DNA of 64,000 bases from Nitrososphaeraceae archaeon (GCA_016782225.1 JADDOW010000046.1:3710-67709), one strand, 5' to 3'; counted from the first letter of the stretch, positions 32,771 through 44,528 are shown. Numbers and translations: made by a program. Notes: generated by a model from the sequence alone, not told the origin.

Positions 32771-33556
32771 CTAGACTGTCTTTTCCTTATTTTTTCTAAA
32801 CCCATGAGTAAATTGCGAATCATAAACTTTTGAAAATTCATATTCTTTTGGTGATATGACGTCACCCACTATTATCAATGCTGTTTTTACTATTCTGTTT
32901 TCTTTAACTTTTTTAGATATGGTTTCGATTGTACCTTTTACTATTTTTTCTTCATTCCATGTAGCTTTGTATACAATTGCAACGGGGGTTTGGTTATTGT
33001 ATATTCCACCTTTCAATAATTCTTCTATGACCCTATCAAGTAAATGCACACTAAGATAAAAAGCCATGGTGGCGCCGTGTTTTGATAGTTCTGAAATTTT
33101 TTCTCTATCTGGTACAGCTGTTCTAAATTCTGCTCGTGTAATTATTATTGTTTGGGTTATACCTGGCAGTGTTAATTCCAAATTCATAGATGCTGCCGCA
33201 CCAAGTAGTGATGTTATCCCTGGAATTACTTTACAATATAGCCCATCTTTTTCTAATCTGTCTATTTGTTCCCTTATTGTACTAAAAATGCCGGGATCTC
33301 CATCATGGAACCTTATTGCAAGTTTGCCGTTTTTTGTGGAATCCCTAAGAATTTCATATATCTCATTCCTGTCTAATTTAGCTGCATCAAATAAATTGGC
33401 TTCTTTTTTTGCAAAATTTAATATTTCGTGATTCAATAAGGATCCTGAATATATTACAATATCTGCGTTTTCTAGTAGTCTCTTTGCCTTTATTGTTATT
33501 AGTTCTGGGTCACCAGGACCTGAACCTACAAAATAAACCGTATTTTTTTGCATCAT
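32771..33556 (-). CDS. cbiF: Cobalt-precorrin-4 C11-methyltransferase
   Basis: VYFVGSGPGDPELIT, YSGSL, HDGDP, PGITS, TQTIIITR. Confidence 0.92.
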   Translation of the reverse strand: MMQKNTVYFVGSGPGDPELITIKAKRLLENADIVIYSGSLLNHEILNFAKKEANLFDAAKLDRNEIYEILRDSTKNGKLAIRFHDGDPGIFSTIREQIDRLEKDGLYCKVIPGITSLLGAAASMNLELTLPGITQTIIITRAEFRTAVPDREKISELSKHGATMAFYLSVHLLDRVIEELLKGGIYNNQTPVAIVYKATWNEEKIVKGTIETISKKVKENRIVKTALIIVGDVISPKEYEFSKVYDSQFTHGFRKNKEKTV

Positions 33557-34284
33557 TTTTTCTTTTTGGCTATCATGATTGAAAAGTATTTATCATTGTT
33601 TTCATTTGGATTTCTTAATAGTTCTGATAGTTTCTTTTTTTGCAATGCTTCGCTATTGGTAGACACATCCTGAGCTATAAAAATATCTGATTCTCCTGGA
33701 AAGCCCGATTCCATCAATATTTCCAATACGCTATTAAAATATCTTCCATCTTTTAAAAATATCAATGTGTCACAACATTTTGCAGCGGTTTTTAGTCTAT
33801 CGAGGTTATAGCATGCGGGAATTATTCCTATTATCTCCTCACCCTCTCCTATCGGTGTTTTTATTTCGGCAGAAAACGAAAAAATCGAAGTTATACCGGG
33901 TATAACTTCCACTTCTATATCTTTATGTGCATTGGTTATCTCTCTGTAAATGTAAATCCAAGTACTATAAAGAGAAGGATCACCGACAGTTAGGTAAATT
34001 GCTCTTTTTCCGTTTCTTATGGAATTTGTTATTTCTTTGGTGTTGTCTTTCCAATTTTCTTTTAATTTGTTAAAGTCTTTAATCATTGGAAAAACCAATT
34101 GTTGAATTTCCGTATCTTTGTTGAGAAATCCTTCCACTATCGATAGGGCAACACTTGGCTTTCCTTCTCTAGCGGTAGGTGTATAAATTATGTCTGCATT
34201 TCTAATAATGTTTATTGCCTTTAAAGTGAGTAAATCTGGATCACCTGGACCACACCCTATACAATAAAGTTTTGGATATGCCAT
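33553..34284 (-). CDS. cbiL: Cobalt-precorrin-2 C20-methyltransferase
   Basis: GCGPGDPDLLTLKA, FPM, TVGDPSLYST, YFS. Confidence 0.9.
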   Translation of the reverse strand: MAYPKLYCIGCGPGDPDLLTLKAINIIRNADIIYTPTAREGKPSVALSIVEGFLNKDTEIQQLVFPMIKDFNKLKENWKDNTKEITNSIRNGKRAIYLTVGDPSLYSTWIYIYREITNAHKDIEVEVIPGITSIFSFSAEIKTPIGEGEEIIGIIPACYNLDRLKTAAKCCDTLIFLKDGRYFNSVLEILMESGFPGESDIFIAQDVSTNSEALQKKKLSELLRNPNENNDKYFSIMIAKKKK

Positions 34285-34322
34285 AAAACCACTTTCAAAA
34301 ATATTAATTAAAGTTTTTGTAT

Positions 34323-34922
34323 TTATCTGGTGGCTGAAAAAATAATAACAGGATTTCTTGAAATCATCATGGTTCCAGAGCTAGTTTTTTTTGATTTTGC
34401 TACCGTTACTTGGCTTATGTCAATCTCCAATAACTCTGAATCTTCTATTGCTTTAAGAGTTTTGTAAATCGTTTCTATCAGTATGGATGTGACAACTAGC
34501 CTGCCTCCCTTGTTTAGGCGATCTATTGCTAGTTTTATTATTTTTTCTGTATCGCCTGTAGTTCCCCCTATAACAATTGCGTCTACATATGGCAGATTCG
34601 GCAAAATTTCTTGAGCTAATCCTTGTATTGTTTTTATTTTATTTTGTAATCCGAACTTTGATGTGTTTTGCTCAGTTAGATCAATTGCATTTTTGTCACT
34701 ATCTATTGCATATACTGAGGTTTTGGTTTGGATAGCTAATTCAATTGATATACTGCCACTACCACAACCAATATCTATAGATTCAAATCCTTCTTTTAGG
34801 CGTAATTTGCTTATTATTATTGATCTTATCTCTTCTTTTGTTATAGGCACTTTATCAACTCTATCGAATAGATCGTCTGGAATACCTGGGGTCTTGTGCT
34901 CCCAAAATGATTTACCATTCAT
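34323..34922 (-). CDS. cbiT: Cobalt-precorrin-6B C15-methyltransferase (decarboxylating)
   Basis: PGIPDD.F, ITKEEIR, DIGCGSGS, NPV. Confidence 0.9.
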   Translation of the reverse strand: MNGKSFWEHKTPGIPDDLFDRVDKVPITKEEIRSIIISKLRLKEGFESIDIGCGSGSISIELAIQTKTSVYAIDSDKNAIDLTEQNTSKFGLQNKIKTIQGLAQEILPNLPYVDAIVIGGTTGDTEKIIKLAIDRLNKGGRLVVTSILIETIYKTLKAIEDSELLEIDISQVTVAKSKKTSSGTMMISRNPVIIFSATR

Positions 34923-34923
34923 T

Positions 34924-35217
34924 TCAGACGATGTGTTGATTCAGTACGGTAAATATCATTACCATAAACGTTAATAGCATGAAAATAAAAGCGAAAATTC
35001 CATTTGTTACTATTTTTTTCTTTTTATCTTTAGATATCTCCTCAGCCATTTTCTTGGCAATAATGTGTGATATATAGTAAAAGATAATTCCAACTAATAT
35101 TGTAATTCCTATGGTGTTAGCTTGGTCTGATTGAGGTTTTATTATTATTCCTAATAACGATCCTGCAATAGCAGCGGCAATAGTTCTCATATAATAAATT
35201 TTGTCTAGAGCGTCCAA
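34924..35217 (-). CDS. Small 3-TM membrane protein (possibly EMC6-like)
   Basis: Three hydrophobic helices; co-oriented with cbiT. Confidence 0.6.
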   Translation of the reverse strand: MDALDKIYYMRTIAAAIAGSLLGIIIKPQSDQANTIGITILVGIIFYYISHIIAKKMAEEISKDKKKKIVTNGIFAFIFMLLTFMVMIFTVLNQHIV

Positions 35218-35340
35218 GTATATGCGCTATTGTTTTTTATCCGCCACATTTAATTCCTACTGCTTTCTATTACAATAGTTGTAAAAAATATGTAATACAT
35301 TTCTTATGTTATTATATCAATATTGTGTCTATAATATTGG

Positions 35341-37353
35341 ATGTCTATTTCAGAAATAGAATTAAAATTCCTTGTGAATCATATTAAGGAAATTATTGAT
35401 GATGTTTATTATGTGAGCAATATTTACCCCATCACAAAGAGTTCTTTGGTCCTAAAATTCCACCACTCCCAAAAAAATGATATTTCGCTGCTTGTATCTA
35501 CTTTTGGAATATGTGTTACAAAATACAAATATTCTATAGTTGAAGATAATGATGCAATAAAAAAAATAAAGTCTGAATTGGAGCGTTCTAAACTAACGGA
35601 TGTATCAGTTTTTGAGGGAGAAAGGATAGTGCAATTTATTTTTCAAAATGTCAATGGATTAAAATATCATTTAATTGTTGAATTGTTTGGTAATGGGAAT
35701 GTCATATTGTGCAATGAATCGTTAAAAATTCTGGCGCTTATCAATCCAATAAATGTAAGACATAGGGTTTTAAAACCCGGATTAAATTATGCTCCACCAC
35801 CACCAAGAGGAGTCAATCCGTTTTCAATGAATTTTGAAAATTTCTTATCACTGGTTAATACAACTAAAGGAGAAGGAGAAGGAAATATTGATATCAAAAA
35901 ATGGCTTGGACGAAATCTTTCTATTTCAAAGAAATTTGTTGAACATATAATAAATAACTCGGGGATTAAAAACAAAAAAATCAAAGAAATATCGGATGAT
36001 GAATTTAAAAATTTGTTTGACGAGTTGATTTTATTAATTAAAAATATTTCTAATGGTATTGGTCATGAACCTTGTATTGTTTTGGATGAAAGCGGTAATC
36101 CTGCGGATATTAGCCCTATAATTCCTTCTACTGTTGATATAAACCAAATTAGAAAATTTAGCTCATATTCTGACGCAGTTGATGAATTTCTAAATAATCT
36201 TATTGTTAATAGTGATGCCACAAAAAATTCTGATTTAGAAAAGCGTTTGGAACTGTTAGAACACGATTTACAGGAGCAAGAAAAAGCTAAAAACCTTGTA
36301 ATCTCAAAGTCGGCTAAATTGAGAGATTTTGCCACATTACTTATGCGACAAATGGACGCTATGATGAATATTGAAACACCAATCTTTCAAAAAATCCTTT
36401 TTGATTCTAATGCAAAAATATTGAATATTAGAGGAAAATATATTTTGGAAATTGTTGACGAAAAAATGCCTTTGGATTCAGATAACTTTAATCTCCCAAA
36501 ACTTTCTTCATCTTTATTTGGCCTTGCAAAAGAAAAGGAAAGAGGCTTAATCACCATTAAAAACTCTCAATTAAAATTACTGGAACAAATAGATAAACTC
36601 AAACAAAAAAAAGACAAAAAACCTTTGCCTGGTGTTAAAGTGTTAACTAATAAGCAATGGTATGAAAAATACAGGTGGTTTTTTACAAGTGATGGCCTTC
36701 TTGCAATAGGCGGAAAAGATGCCTCATCTAATTCTGTAATTATACGCAAACTACTTACAGAAAATGATTATGTGTTTCATGCTGAGGTTAATGGGTCTCC
36801 ATTTTTTATATTACAAAATGCTAATATTTCCAATACTGATATATCTCAAAGTATTTTAGAAGTGTCCCAAGCCACAGTATCTTTTAGCAGATCTTGGAAA
36901 AGTGGTTTGTCAAGCTCTGACGCATATTGGGTTCTTTCTTCTCAATTAAAAAAGGGTGCTCCTACAGGACAATACCTTCCTAAAGGATCATTTGTAATAG
37001 AGGGAAAAAGAAATTTCGTAAAGAATTTGGAGATCAAATTGGCCATTGGACTGTCTTTTATTGATAATAAATCGCTATTTGTTGTTGGGCCATATCATGC
37101 CGTAAAAAAAAGATCAATATGCATGAGAAACTTATTGCCTTCTGGCTTAGATGTAGTTAAAGCCTCAAAAAAAATTAAAGCAGACTTTGTGGACTATTCA
37201 ATTAAAAATGATTTTCCAAAAGACATAGTTGAACATCTCAAAAGTTTGTCAATAGATGAAATAGTGAGAGTTTTACCTGTTGGCCCGTGCAAATTATTAC
37301 CTATCGAGAAAGGCGACTTAAAAGACAATCTTATTAAAATAACAGAAAAGTAA
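35341..37353 (+). CDS. rqcH: Rqc2/RqcH (NEMF, NFACT) ribosome quality-control protein
   Basis: ERIV, ELFGNGN, WYEKYRWF, GGKDA..N, FHAE..GSP, YLPKGSF. Confidence 0.9.
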   Translation: MSISEIELKFLVNHIKEIIDDVYYVSNIYPITKSSLVLKFHHSQKNDISLLVSTFGICVTKYKYSIVEDNDAIKKIKSELERSKLTDVSVFEGERIVQFIFQNVNGLKYHLIVELFGNGNVILCNESLKILALINPINVRHRVLKPGLNYAPPPPRGVNPFSMNFENFLSLVNTTKGEGEGNIDIKKWLGRNLSISKKFVEHIINNSGIKNKKIKEISDDEFKNLFDELILLIKNISNGIGHEPCIVLDESGNPADISPIIPSTVDINQIRKFSSYSDAVDEFLNNLIVNSDATKNSDLEKRLELLEHDLQEQEKAKNLVISKSAKLRDFATLLMRQMDAMMNIETPIFQKILFDSNAKILNIRGKYILEIVDEKMPLDSDNFNLPKLSSSLFGLAKEKERGLITIKNSQLKLLEQIDKLKQKKDKKPLPGVKVLTNKQWYEKYRWFFTSDGLLAIGGKDASSNSVIIRKLLTENDYVFHAEVNGSPFFILQNANISNTDISQSILEVSQATVSFSRSWKSGLSSSDAYWVLSSQLKKGAPTGQYLPKGSFVIEGKRNFVKNLEIKLAIGLSFIDNKSLFVVGPYHAVKKRSICMRNLLPSGLDVVKASKKIKADFVDYSIKNDFPKDIVEHLKSLSIDEIVRVLPVGPCKLLPIEKGDLKDNLIKITEK

Positions 37354-37379
37354 TTAAATTCAGATTATGAAGATTTGAT

Positions 37380-37949
37380 ATGGCTAAAGATATTCGGGAT
37401 GAAGACACTGGAATGACTACAAGGATATTGGTTAGTGATGTTATGAATAGTCCCATTGTTCATGCAAAACCCGACGATGATATCATTACAATATCAAAAC
37501 TTATGGGTGAAGCTAAAATTGGGAGTATTATTATATTAAATAATGACGTGCCTTTGGGAATTGTGACCGATTGGGATATTGTCACTAAAGCCGTCGCAAA
37601 AGGTTCAACTCCATCAGGAATAAAAGCATCTGATATAATGCAAAAGCTGATAACAATCAATGGTGACGAAAGCATTACCTCTGCAGCAAGACTCTTAAGA
37701 CAACATAACATAAAACGCTTGGGTGTGACCCACAAAAACAATGTAGTTGGGATTATTTCAGTATCTGATGTTCTGGCAGTTACACCGGAATTATTTGACG
37801 TGGTATCTGAAAAAGCCTTATTAATAAGGGGAGAAATCGGACGTTCTCCTCGAAATGTATCTGGGTATTGTGATGAATGTGGTGATTGGTCTGATTTTCT
37901 ATTGTATGCAGATGGATCATTTACTTGTGAGGCATGCAGAGGAGAATAA
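37380..37949 (+). CDS. CBS-domain protein with C-terminal Zn ribbon
   Basis: Two CBS repeats; CDECG...CEAC. Confidence 0.88.
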   Translation: MAKDIRDEDTGMTTRILVSDVMNSPIVHAKPDDDIITISKLMGEAKIGSIIILNNDVPLGIVTDWDIVTKAVAKGSTPSGIKASDIMQKLITINGDESITSAARLLRQHNIKRLGVTHKNNVVGIISVSDVLAVTPELFDVVSEKALLIRGEIGRSPRNVSGYCDECGDWSDFLLYADGSFTCEACRGE

Positions 37950-38055
37950 TAAATTATATGAAAAAACTGAACTAATTTCTTACCTATTTGGGTTATATTT
38001 TATTTTATATCTAACACCAAAGGTTAAAATTCCCTTCTATAGAACTTTTGTTGTA

Positions 38056-38673
38056 ATGAGTTCTATTGTAACTTTGGAACAAACTATTGATAAGGTTTTA
38101 TCTGAATCTCAGATAGAATTTGTCAACAAGATAGATTCTGCATACAATGAGTCCTTGAATAATTTAGAATCTTCCCGTTCAAATATACTACAAGAGTATT
38201 CAAAAATAATTAATAATGCTCAAAAACAATCCGAGAGTATAAAACGCCAAATAATAGGCGCTAGTAAAATCTCTGCCAGAAATAAACAACTATTGTTGTT
38301 GGAATCTGCTGTAAATAATGTTTTTGTAAAGTCCAAAGAAAAATTATATGTTTTAGGCAAGGAAAAGGGATACGAATCTATGCTTTATAGAACATTAGAA
38401 GAAGGTGTCTCAGCTATTCAAACAAGGGATATTATTATAGAGTGCAATAAAAATGACAAAAATCTAATAACTAAAATTATAAATGATTTTATTAAAAAAA
38501 ACATAAATTACAAAATCGCTGTTTCAGATGGTTTTTTTGATTTTATTGGCGGTATTAGGGTTAGATCGTCAGATGGTTTGATGAGTTATGATGGGACTAT
38601 GGATTCTAAGTTGGAAAGAGTCAAACCAATTATAAGGAAGAATATAGCCCAAATTCTACGAGGTGAAGAATAG
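38056..38673 (+). CDS. atpE: A-type ATP synthase subunit E
   Basis: Coiled coil plus GGIRV.S.DG motif, directly upstream of atpA; ATG at 38056 preferred over the 37855 track start. Confidence 0.88.
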   Translation: MSSIVTLEQTIDKVLSESQIEFVNKIDSAYNESLNNLESSRSNILQEYSKIINNAQKQSESIKRQIIGASKISARNKQLLLLESAVNNVFVKSKEKLYVLGKEKGYESMLYRTLEEGVSAIQTRDIIIECNKNDKNLITKIINDFIKKNINYKIAVSDGFFDFIGGIRVRSSDGLMSYDGTMDSKLERVKPIIRKNIAQILRGEE

Positions 38674-38676
38674 AAA

Positions 38677-40461
38677 TTGGTAGCAAAAGGACGAATTATT
38701 TGGGTAAGTGGGCCTGCTGTTAAAGCTGATGGCATGTCTACTGTAAAAATGTACGAAACCGTCGAGGTTGGTGACTCTAAATTAGTTGGGGAGGTTATAC
38801 GTTTAACAGGTGATACTGCATTTATACAGGTTTATGAGTCTACATCTGGACTTAGACCAGGGGAATCAGTCACGGGTACTGGCCAACCATTGTCAGTTCT
38901 TTTAGGCCCCGGAATAATTGGAAAGATTTATGATGGTATCCAAAGACCACTGGGTGAAATAGCTCAAAAATCAGGATCTTACATAGGACGTGGTGTCCAC
39001 ACAGATCCCGTTGATATGAAAAAAAAATATCACTTCCAACCCTTAGTGAGAAAAAGTGACAGTGTGGGTTCGGGTTCGGTAATTGGGTCTGTGGAGGAGA
39101 CACCGCTCTTAAATCACAGCATTATGGTTCCTCCAGATTTTAAGAACGGAACTATCGTTGATGTTATTTCTGAGGGTGATTATGATATTGAACAGGTTGT
39201 TGCAACGCTGGAAACAAGTGATGGGAAAATACCTTTAAAAATGTACCATAAATGGCCTGTGAGAAAACCTAGGCCTTATACAGAAAGATATGATCCTACA
39301 GTGCCATTAATAACGGGCCAAAGAGTTATTGACACATACTTTCCGATAGCAAAGGGTGGTACTGGCGCAATTCCTGGTGGTTTTGGAACTGGTAAAACTG
39401 TTACTTTGCATCAAATTGCGAAATGGGCCGATTCTAAAGTTGTAGTTTACATAGGTTGTGGTGAACGTGGTAACGAAATGACTGAAGTGTTAGTTGAATT
39501 TCCACATTTAATTGACCCTAGATCTAATAGGCCGCTGATGGAGAGAACTGTCCTAGTTGCCAACACTAGTAATATGCCTGTGGCTGCAAGAGAGGCTTCT
39601 ATTTACACTGGTGTAACCCTAGCTGAATACTATAGGGATATGGGGCTGGATGTTGTTCTTGTTGCAGACTCAACAAGCAGATGGGCAGAAGCTTTGAGAG
39701 AAATGTCTGGAAGGCTTGAGGAGATGCCTGCAGAAGAAGGTTATCCTTCATACTTGGCTTCTAGATTGGCTGAATTTTATGAGCGTGCTGGCAGAGTAAA
39801 AGCTTTGGGTTCTCCAAATAGAACTGGTTCTGTGACTCTTGTAGGGGCTGTTTCCCCCTCAGGTGCGGATTTTACCGAACCAGTCACTACTCATACAATT
39901 CGATTCATCAAAACCTTTTGGGCTTTGGATACCAGACTGGCTTATTCAAGACATTATCCTTCTATTAATTGGATGAATTCTTATTCTGGCTATCTGGAGG
40001 ATGTTTCAAAATGGTGGAAGGAAAGTGTTAGTTCCGAATGGTATGACCTTCGTGCGTATTCATATAACCTTTTGCAAAGAGAAGATACATTGAAAGAAAT
40101 TGTAAGGCTTCTTGGTCCAGAATCATTGCCCGATGAGGAAAAATTGATACTTGAAGTCGCAAGGATGATAAAAATTGGTATTTTGCAGCAAAACTCTTTT
40201 GATAAAGTTGATACATACTCTAGTCCTGAAAAACAACTAAAACTAGTAAAATTAATTGTAAATTACCATAAAGAGGCTCAAAAAGCTCTAAAAGAGGGAA
40301 TAACGTTAGCTGATATTAGAACAATGCCTATAATTCCGTCAATACTCAAAGCAAAATTTGAAATTACTGATGAAGATATCGCCAAGTTGGATCAACTAGA
40401 TAAGCAAATGCATGAACAATTTGAAAAAATCGTAAATCAAGGAGTGAAATTGATTGTCTGA
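38677..40461 (+). CDS. atpA: A-type ATP synthase subunit A
   Basis: [30 protein letters not shown]. Confidence 0.98.
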   Translation: MVAKGRIIWVSGPAVKADGMSTVKMYETVEVGDSKLVGEVIRLTGDTAFIQVYESTSGLRPGESVTGTGQPLSVLLGPGIIGKIYDGIQRPLGEIAQKSGSYIGRGVHTDPVDMKKKYHFQPLVRKSDSVGSGSVIGSVEETPLLNHSIMVPPDFKNGTIVDVISEGDYDIEQVVATLETSDGKIPLKMYHKWPVRKPRPYTERYDPTVPLITGQRVIDTYFPIAKGGTGAIPGGFGTGKTVTLHQIAKWADSKVVVYIGCGERGNEMTEVLVEFPHLIDPRSNRPLMERTVLVANTSNMPVAAREASIYTGVTLAEYYRDMGLDVVLVADSTSRWAEALREMSGRLEEMPAEEGYPSYLASRLAEFYERAGRVKALGSPNRTGSVTLVGAVSPSGADFTEPVTTHTIRFIKTFWALDTRLAYSRHYPSINWMNSYSGYLEDVSKWWKESVSSEWYDLRAYSYNLLQREDTLKEIVRLLGPESLPDEEKLILEVARMIKIGILQQNSFDKVDTYSSPEKQLKLVKLIVNYHKEAQKALKEGITLADIRTMPIIPSILKAKFEITDEDIAKLDQLDKQMHEQFEKIVNQGVKLIV

Positions 40462-41899
40462 TTCGATAAATATTGAATATACAAAAATAGCCGAAATTAA
40501 AGGACCATTGATGATAGTGGATGGTATAACACAGGCTTCCTTTGATGAACTAGTGGAAATTGAGACACCTGATGGGGAGAAACGGTTAGGCAGGGTTTTA
40601 GAAGTAGGGCATGGAAAAGCTATAGTTCAGGTATTTGAAGGGACCACGGGTTTGGCTATAGTTGGAACTAAAGCAAAGTTTATTGGAAAAACCATGCAAA
40701 TGCCCGTATCTCCAGAGGTGTTAGGTAGAGTTTTTGATGGTTTGGGGCGCCCAAATGATGGTTTACCTGAACCAATTGCAGATAAATTTTTAGATGTTAA
40801 TGGTGAACCGATGAACCCCGAACAACGTGAATATCCTACCTCTTTTATTCAAACAGGTGTATCTGTAATTGATGGAATGCTAACACTTGTAAGGGGACAA
40901 AAATTACCTATCTTTTCAGGTTCTGGTATGCCTCATAACATTCTAGCCGCTCAGATAGCTAGACAAGCCTCTGTAGTGGGAACCAAAGAAGATTTTGCGG
41001 TTGTTTTTGCAGCAATTGGTGTCCAATATTCAGAGGCCCAATATTTTAAACGCAGTTTGGAGGAATCCGGGGCGCTTCGAAGAAGTGTGTTGTTTTTGAA
41101 CTTGGCTGATGATCCTGCTATTGAACGAATAATTACTCCTAGGGTTGCCTTGACTGTTGCGGAATATTTGGCATTTGATTTGGGCATGCATGTACTAGCT
41201 ATCTTAACGGATATGACCAATTATTCTGAGGCTTTAAGGGAGATTAGTGCTGCAAGAGAAGAAGTTCCTGGAAGGAAAGGATATCCTGGCTACCTATATA
41301 CCGATCTTGCAAATATCTATGAGCGAGCTGGTAGATTGAAAGGAAAGAATGGAAGTGTTACCCAGGTACCTATCCTTTCAATGCCTGCAGACGATATTAC
41401 TCATCCAATTCCGGATTTAACTGGATACATTACTGAAGGGCAGATGGTGTTAGGCCGAGATTTATTCAGAAAAGGAATCTATCCTTCAGTAAATGTCTTG
41501 ATGTCCTTGTCTAGATTGATGAAAGATGGTATAGGCGAGGGAAAAACCCGAAGTGATCACAGCGAAGTCGCAAATCAACTCTACGATGCATATTCTAGAT
41601 CTCAGGAGGTTCGCGCATTAGCCGAAATAGTTGGAAGGGCTGGCCTGACCGGGATAGATCTCAAATATCTTGATACGGGAGACATGTTTGAAAATAATTT
41701 CTTAAAACAAAACTTGGATGAAAATAGATCCCTTGAAGAAACATTAAGTAGAGCTTGGGAGATACTTTCAGCCTTGCCAGAATCAGAATTAACAAAGATA
41801 AAAGATAAACATATCAAGCAATACTATAGACATCAAAATCAACAACAATCAACTAATGTTGGGGTTGCCGCAGCCGTCAGCAGCAGCAACGCCACATAG
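40454..41899 (+). CDS. atpB: A-type ATP synthase subunit B
   Basis: [35 protein letters not shown]. Confidence 0.98.
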   Translation: MSDSINIEYTKIAEIKGPLMIVDGITQASFDELVEIETPDGEKRLGRVLEVGHGKAIVQVFEGTTGLAIVGTKAKFIGKTMQMPVSPEVLGRVFDGLGRPNDGLPEPIADKFLDVNGEPMNPEQREYPTSFIQTGVSVIDGMLTLVRGQKLPIFSGSGMPHNILAAQIARQASVVGTKEDFAVVFAAIGVQYSEAQYFKRSLEESGALRRSVLFLNLADDPAIERIITPRVALTVAEYLAFDLGMHVLAILTDMTNYSEALREISAAREEVPGRKGYPGYLYTDLANIYERAGRLKGKNGSVTQVPILSMPADDITHPIPDLTGYITEGQMVLGRDLFRKGIYPSVNVLMSLSRLMKDGIGEGKTRSDHSEVANQLYDAYSRSQEVRALAEIVGRAGLTGIDLKYLDTGDMFENNFLKQNLDENRSLEETLSRAWEILSALPESELTKIKDKHIKQYYRHQNQQQSTNVGVAAAVSSSNAT

Positions 41900-41917
41900 G
41901 CAATTTTTTTTATTAAA

Positions 41918-42556
41918 ATGTCATTCGGAAGTTCACCTATTGCTACAAAAATTGAATTGCTCAAAACAAGAAGATCAATGCAAGTAGCAAAAATGGTGCA
42001 TAAAATTTTGGATGATAAGCGAGAAGTATTGTTAAAAAAAATAGATGAAATGATTGAAGAAGCAAGCAAAGCCCGAGATGATATTTGGAATCCCCTGAAT
42101 GAGATATACAGATCCATTTTTAACTCTTACTTATCATTAGGTTCAGCCGCTATGGATTCCATATCTACCTCAATACCACCCAGTGTTGAAGTGGATGTTA
42201 ATATTCGTAGAATTGTTGATGTTAAGGTGCCAACACTGAAGGTGACAGAAACTCAGTCATCTGATAAAATTGGCTATGGATTTATTGATACCGTTGCTTC
42301 TGTGGATAATGCGTCAAAACTTATAAAAAACGTATTACCTGGGATTTACAGAGCTGCCGAGTATGAAAATGCTATTTTTAGATTAGCTAAAGAATTGGAG
42401 AAAACTCAAAAGTTAATAAATGCTCTTGAATATGTTATAATGCCCCAATACCAAAATTCAATGACCTTTATTAAATCTACACTAGAAGAGCGGGAGCGAG
42501 AGGAATTCGTAAGACTTAAGAAAGTGAAGGTAGTACTTGATAGACGAAAGGAATGA
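41918..42556 (+). CDS. atpD: A-type ATP synthase subunit D
   Basis: KT...NALE, LEEREREEF.RLK. Confidence 0.95.
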   Translation: MSFGSSPIATKIELLKTRRSMQVAKMVHKILDDKREVLLKKIDEMIEEASKARDDIWNPLNEIYRSIFNSYLSLGSAAMDSISTSIPPSVEVDVNIRRIVDVKVPTLKVTETQSSDKIGYGFIDTVASVDNASKLIKNVLPGIYRAAEYENAIFRLAKELEKTQKLINALEYVIMPQYQNSMTFIKSTLEEREREEFVRLKKVKVVLDRRKE

Positions 42557-42562
42557 ATTTTA

Positions 42563-42706
42563 ATGAATGATGAATTTATTAATGATTTGTTTGAAAAATC
42601 CAAACTAAAAATAAAATCTGAACACGACAATATGGTAAATCGCATTAAAGAAATTCTTGAGACAAACAAATCAGAGGCAATAAAAAAAATCAAAGGTTTA
42701 TCATGA
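42563..42706 (+). CDS. 47-aa charged helical protein following atpD
   Basis: MNDEFINDLFEKSKLKIKSEHDNMVNRIKEILETNKSEAIKKIKGLS, 6 nt after the atpD stop. Confidence 0.5.
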   Translation: MNDEFINDLFEKSKLKIKSEHDNMVNRIKEILETNKSEAIKKIKGLS

Positions 42707-42757
42707 TGATGAACTAATTCTTTTACATATTTTGTTTTCTATTTATTTTTACAATTT

Positions 42758-43409
42758 GGCTCTGTTAACTTTAGACATTGTTTCTCTTTATGGTGACTAA
42801 TAAAAGGTTTAACCACCTACTACCTGCTTTTAGTTCGCATTTGTTCTCTTTCTGCAAGGAAAATGGCCCTCAAAACATTTCTATTATGTATTTGATGTCT
42901 TATTGCTTTTTCTATAACACTTTTTCACATGGAGAAATGCATATGATGTTTTATGTTTGGGAACCTGTAGGCTTGCGTATGCCAAATACTCCATCTTATG
43001 AAACAGGATTTTGCCGTATGTATTTGTAAAAGACGAAATAAAGCGTTCTGCTACAAAGCATATTTAGTTTAAAAGACAAATCAATTTGGAGAGTTTATTT
43101 ATTCCACGATTGAATTGCAACCCAAATCCAAACATTAATGAGAACAAACTTTAACAAGCATTGCATCATTTATTCGCTTAAATCTTTTTTTGTTGATATT
43201 TCCTTTGGTTTGTATTTTTGAATTCAGTTTTACACTGACATGTGTCTCCTGCCGACAAACATGCGTAATGCTTTTGCAGTGTTTCTATAGAGGAGACCAA
43301 GAAAACAACGGTATAATCTATAAACAATGTCTTTTGATTTTGTCATTTGTCTTTTATTTCAACATATTTAATAGGTTCCATCTATGGAGTTTCTCAAGTC
43401 AACATGGCC
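42758..43409 (-). mobile_element. Degenerate IS6-family element
   Basis: ggctctgtt end at 42758 and a ggccatgttgact-like end at 43409; minus-strand fragments RNTAKAL, IQKYKP, WIWVAI, FPCRK. Confidence 0.8.
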
Positions 43410-43458
43410 TATAATTTATTCGTTATAGTTAAATAGGGTATCCAAACTTGCTTAAATT

Positions 43459-43803
43459 GTGAAAATGAGAATACAATATTTTTCTTCAATGATAATATTT
43501 GGGATTACATTGATAACTGGTGGCGGGTATTTCATAGGAGGAAATGCTTTAGCAGTGGAATCGCCACCCGCAGGCCAGGCACAAGCTGAATCCGCTGGAC
43601 TGAAGTTTGTTGGTGCAGGTGTTGCTTTTGGCCTTGCTGCTTTAGGTGCAGGTGTCGCTATAGGTGGAGTAGGTGCAGCTGGTTTGGCCGCAATTACTGA
43701 AAAACCCGAGCTTCGTTCTCAGGCATTGGTTTTTACTGCTCTTGGTGAGGCTGTCGCAATTTACGGTATAGTTGTAGCTATAATTATCCTTGGACAATCT
43801 TGA
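43459..43803 (+). CDS. atpK: A-type ATP synthase subunit K (c), single hairpin with N-terminal extension
   Basis: GAGVAFGLAALGAG...EKPE...LGEAVAIYG. Confidence 0.93.
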   Translation: MKMRIQYFSSMIIFGITLITGGGYFIGGNALAVESPPAGQAQAESAGLKFVGAGVAFGLAALGAGVAIGGVGAAGLAAITEKPELRSQALVFTALGEAVAIYGIVVAIIILGQS

Positions 43804-44006
43804 TAACTCAAGATCATTTTTTTTTCTTCGCTTTTTCTACTTAACAAATCCTGTCTTGAAATAACGCCTTTCATTTTAATCGTTAAAGAGTATAACAGAA
43901 GTTACTTAATTCACTATGATAGATGCTATGTCATTTCATAATGATAATCTGTTATAACAACATTTTTTATCAATTAGGATATTTTAAGCTATTAGGAAAT
44001 ATTCTG

Positions 44007-44528
44007 TTAAATTGTAAGTATTTTTTTAGCCGAGTTTATCTTTTCGAAGATTTCTTTGATAAATAAATCTGCGAACTTGTCAAAACTGTAAATTCCAAAT
44101 TTTTTTCTATATTCTTCTTTCCTTTTCGCATATTCCTCCTCTAGCCATAGGAAATCTGATTCTTTTAATTTTACCAAATATCTGCTGGTATCTGATTTTG
44201 ATTCAAACATATTAATCATAAAAATTCCGGCAAATTGTGTAAAATTTCGTGATTTATATTTTATAGAGTACTCCTCTTTATGAATTTCATAATTCTCTAT
44301 TAACCATTTTTTTACATCTAGCCTAATAGTTAGTGAAGTATACATTCCAGAAAAATCTATTTTTAAATCATGCATTACAACTGAATAATAATCACGTTTT
44401 ATTTCATTCATCATAATTATTAAAGCACTAGGAAGAAACATCCCTGGATAATATTCATCAGTAGACTTTTGCAATTTACTTAAAATTGATGGCTTTAATC
44501 CAATAGTGGCATATCCATTCATAGGCAT
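44007..44528 (-). CDS. Hypothetical protein, possibly tandem ribbon-helix-helix DNA-binding
   Basis: Three similar strand-helix units: YATIGLKPSILSKL, YTSLTIRLDVKKWL, YLVKLKESDFLWL. Confidence 0.55.
   Translation of the reverse strand: MPMNGYATIGLKPSILSKLQKSTDEYYPGMFLPSALIIMMNEIKRDYYSVVMHDLKIDFSGMYTSLTIRLDVKKWLIENYEIHKEEYSIKYKSRNFTQFAGIFMINMFESKSDTSRYLVKLKESDFLWLEEEYAKRKEEYRKKFGIYSFDKFADLFIKEIFEKINSAKKILTI

Noticed and set aside
37855..38055. Long N-terminal extension of AtpE in the ORF track
   Set aside because: It overlaps the CBS gene and an AT-rich intergenic region; the ATG at 38056 gives a normal-sized subunit E
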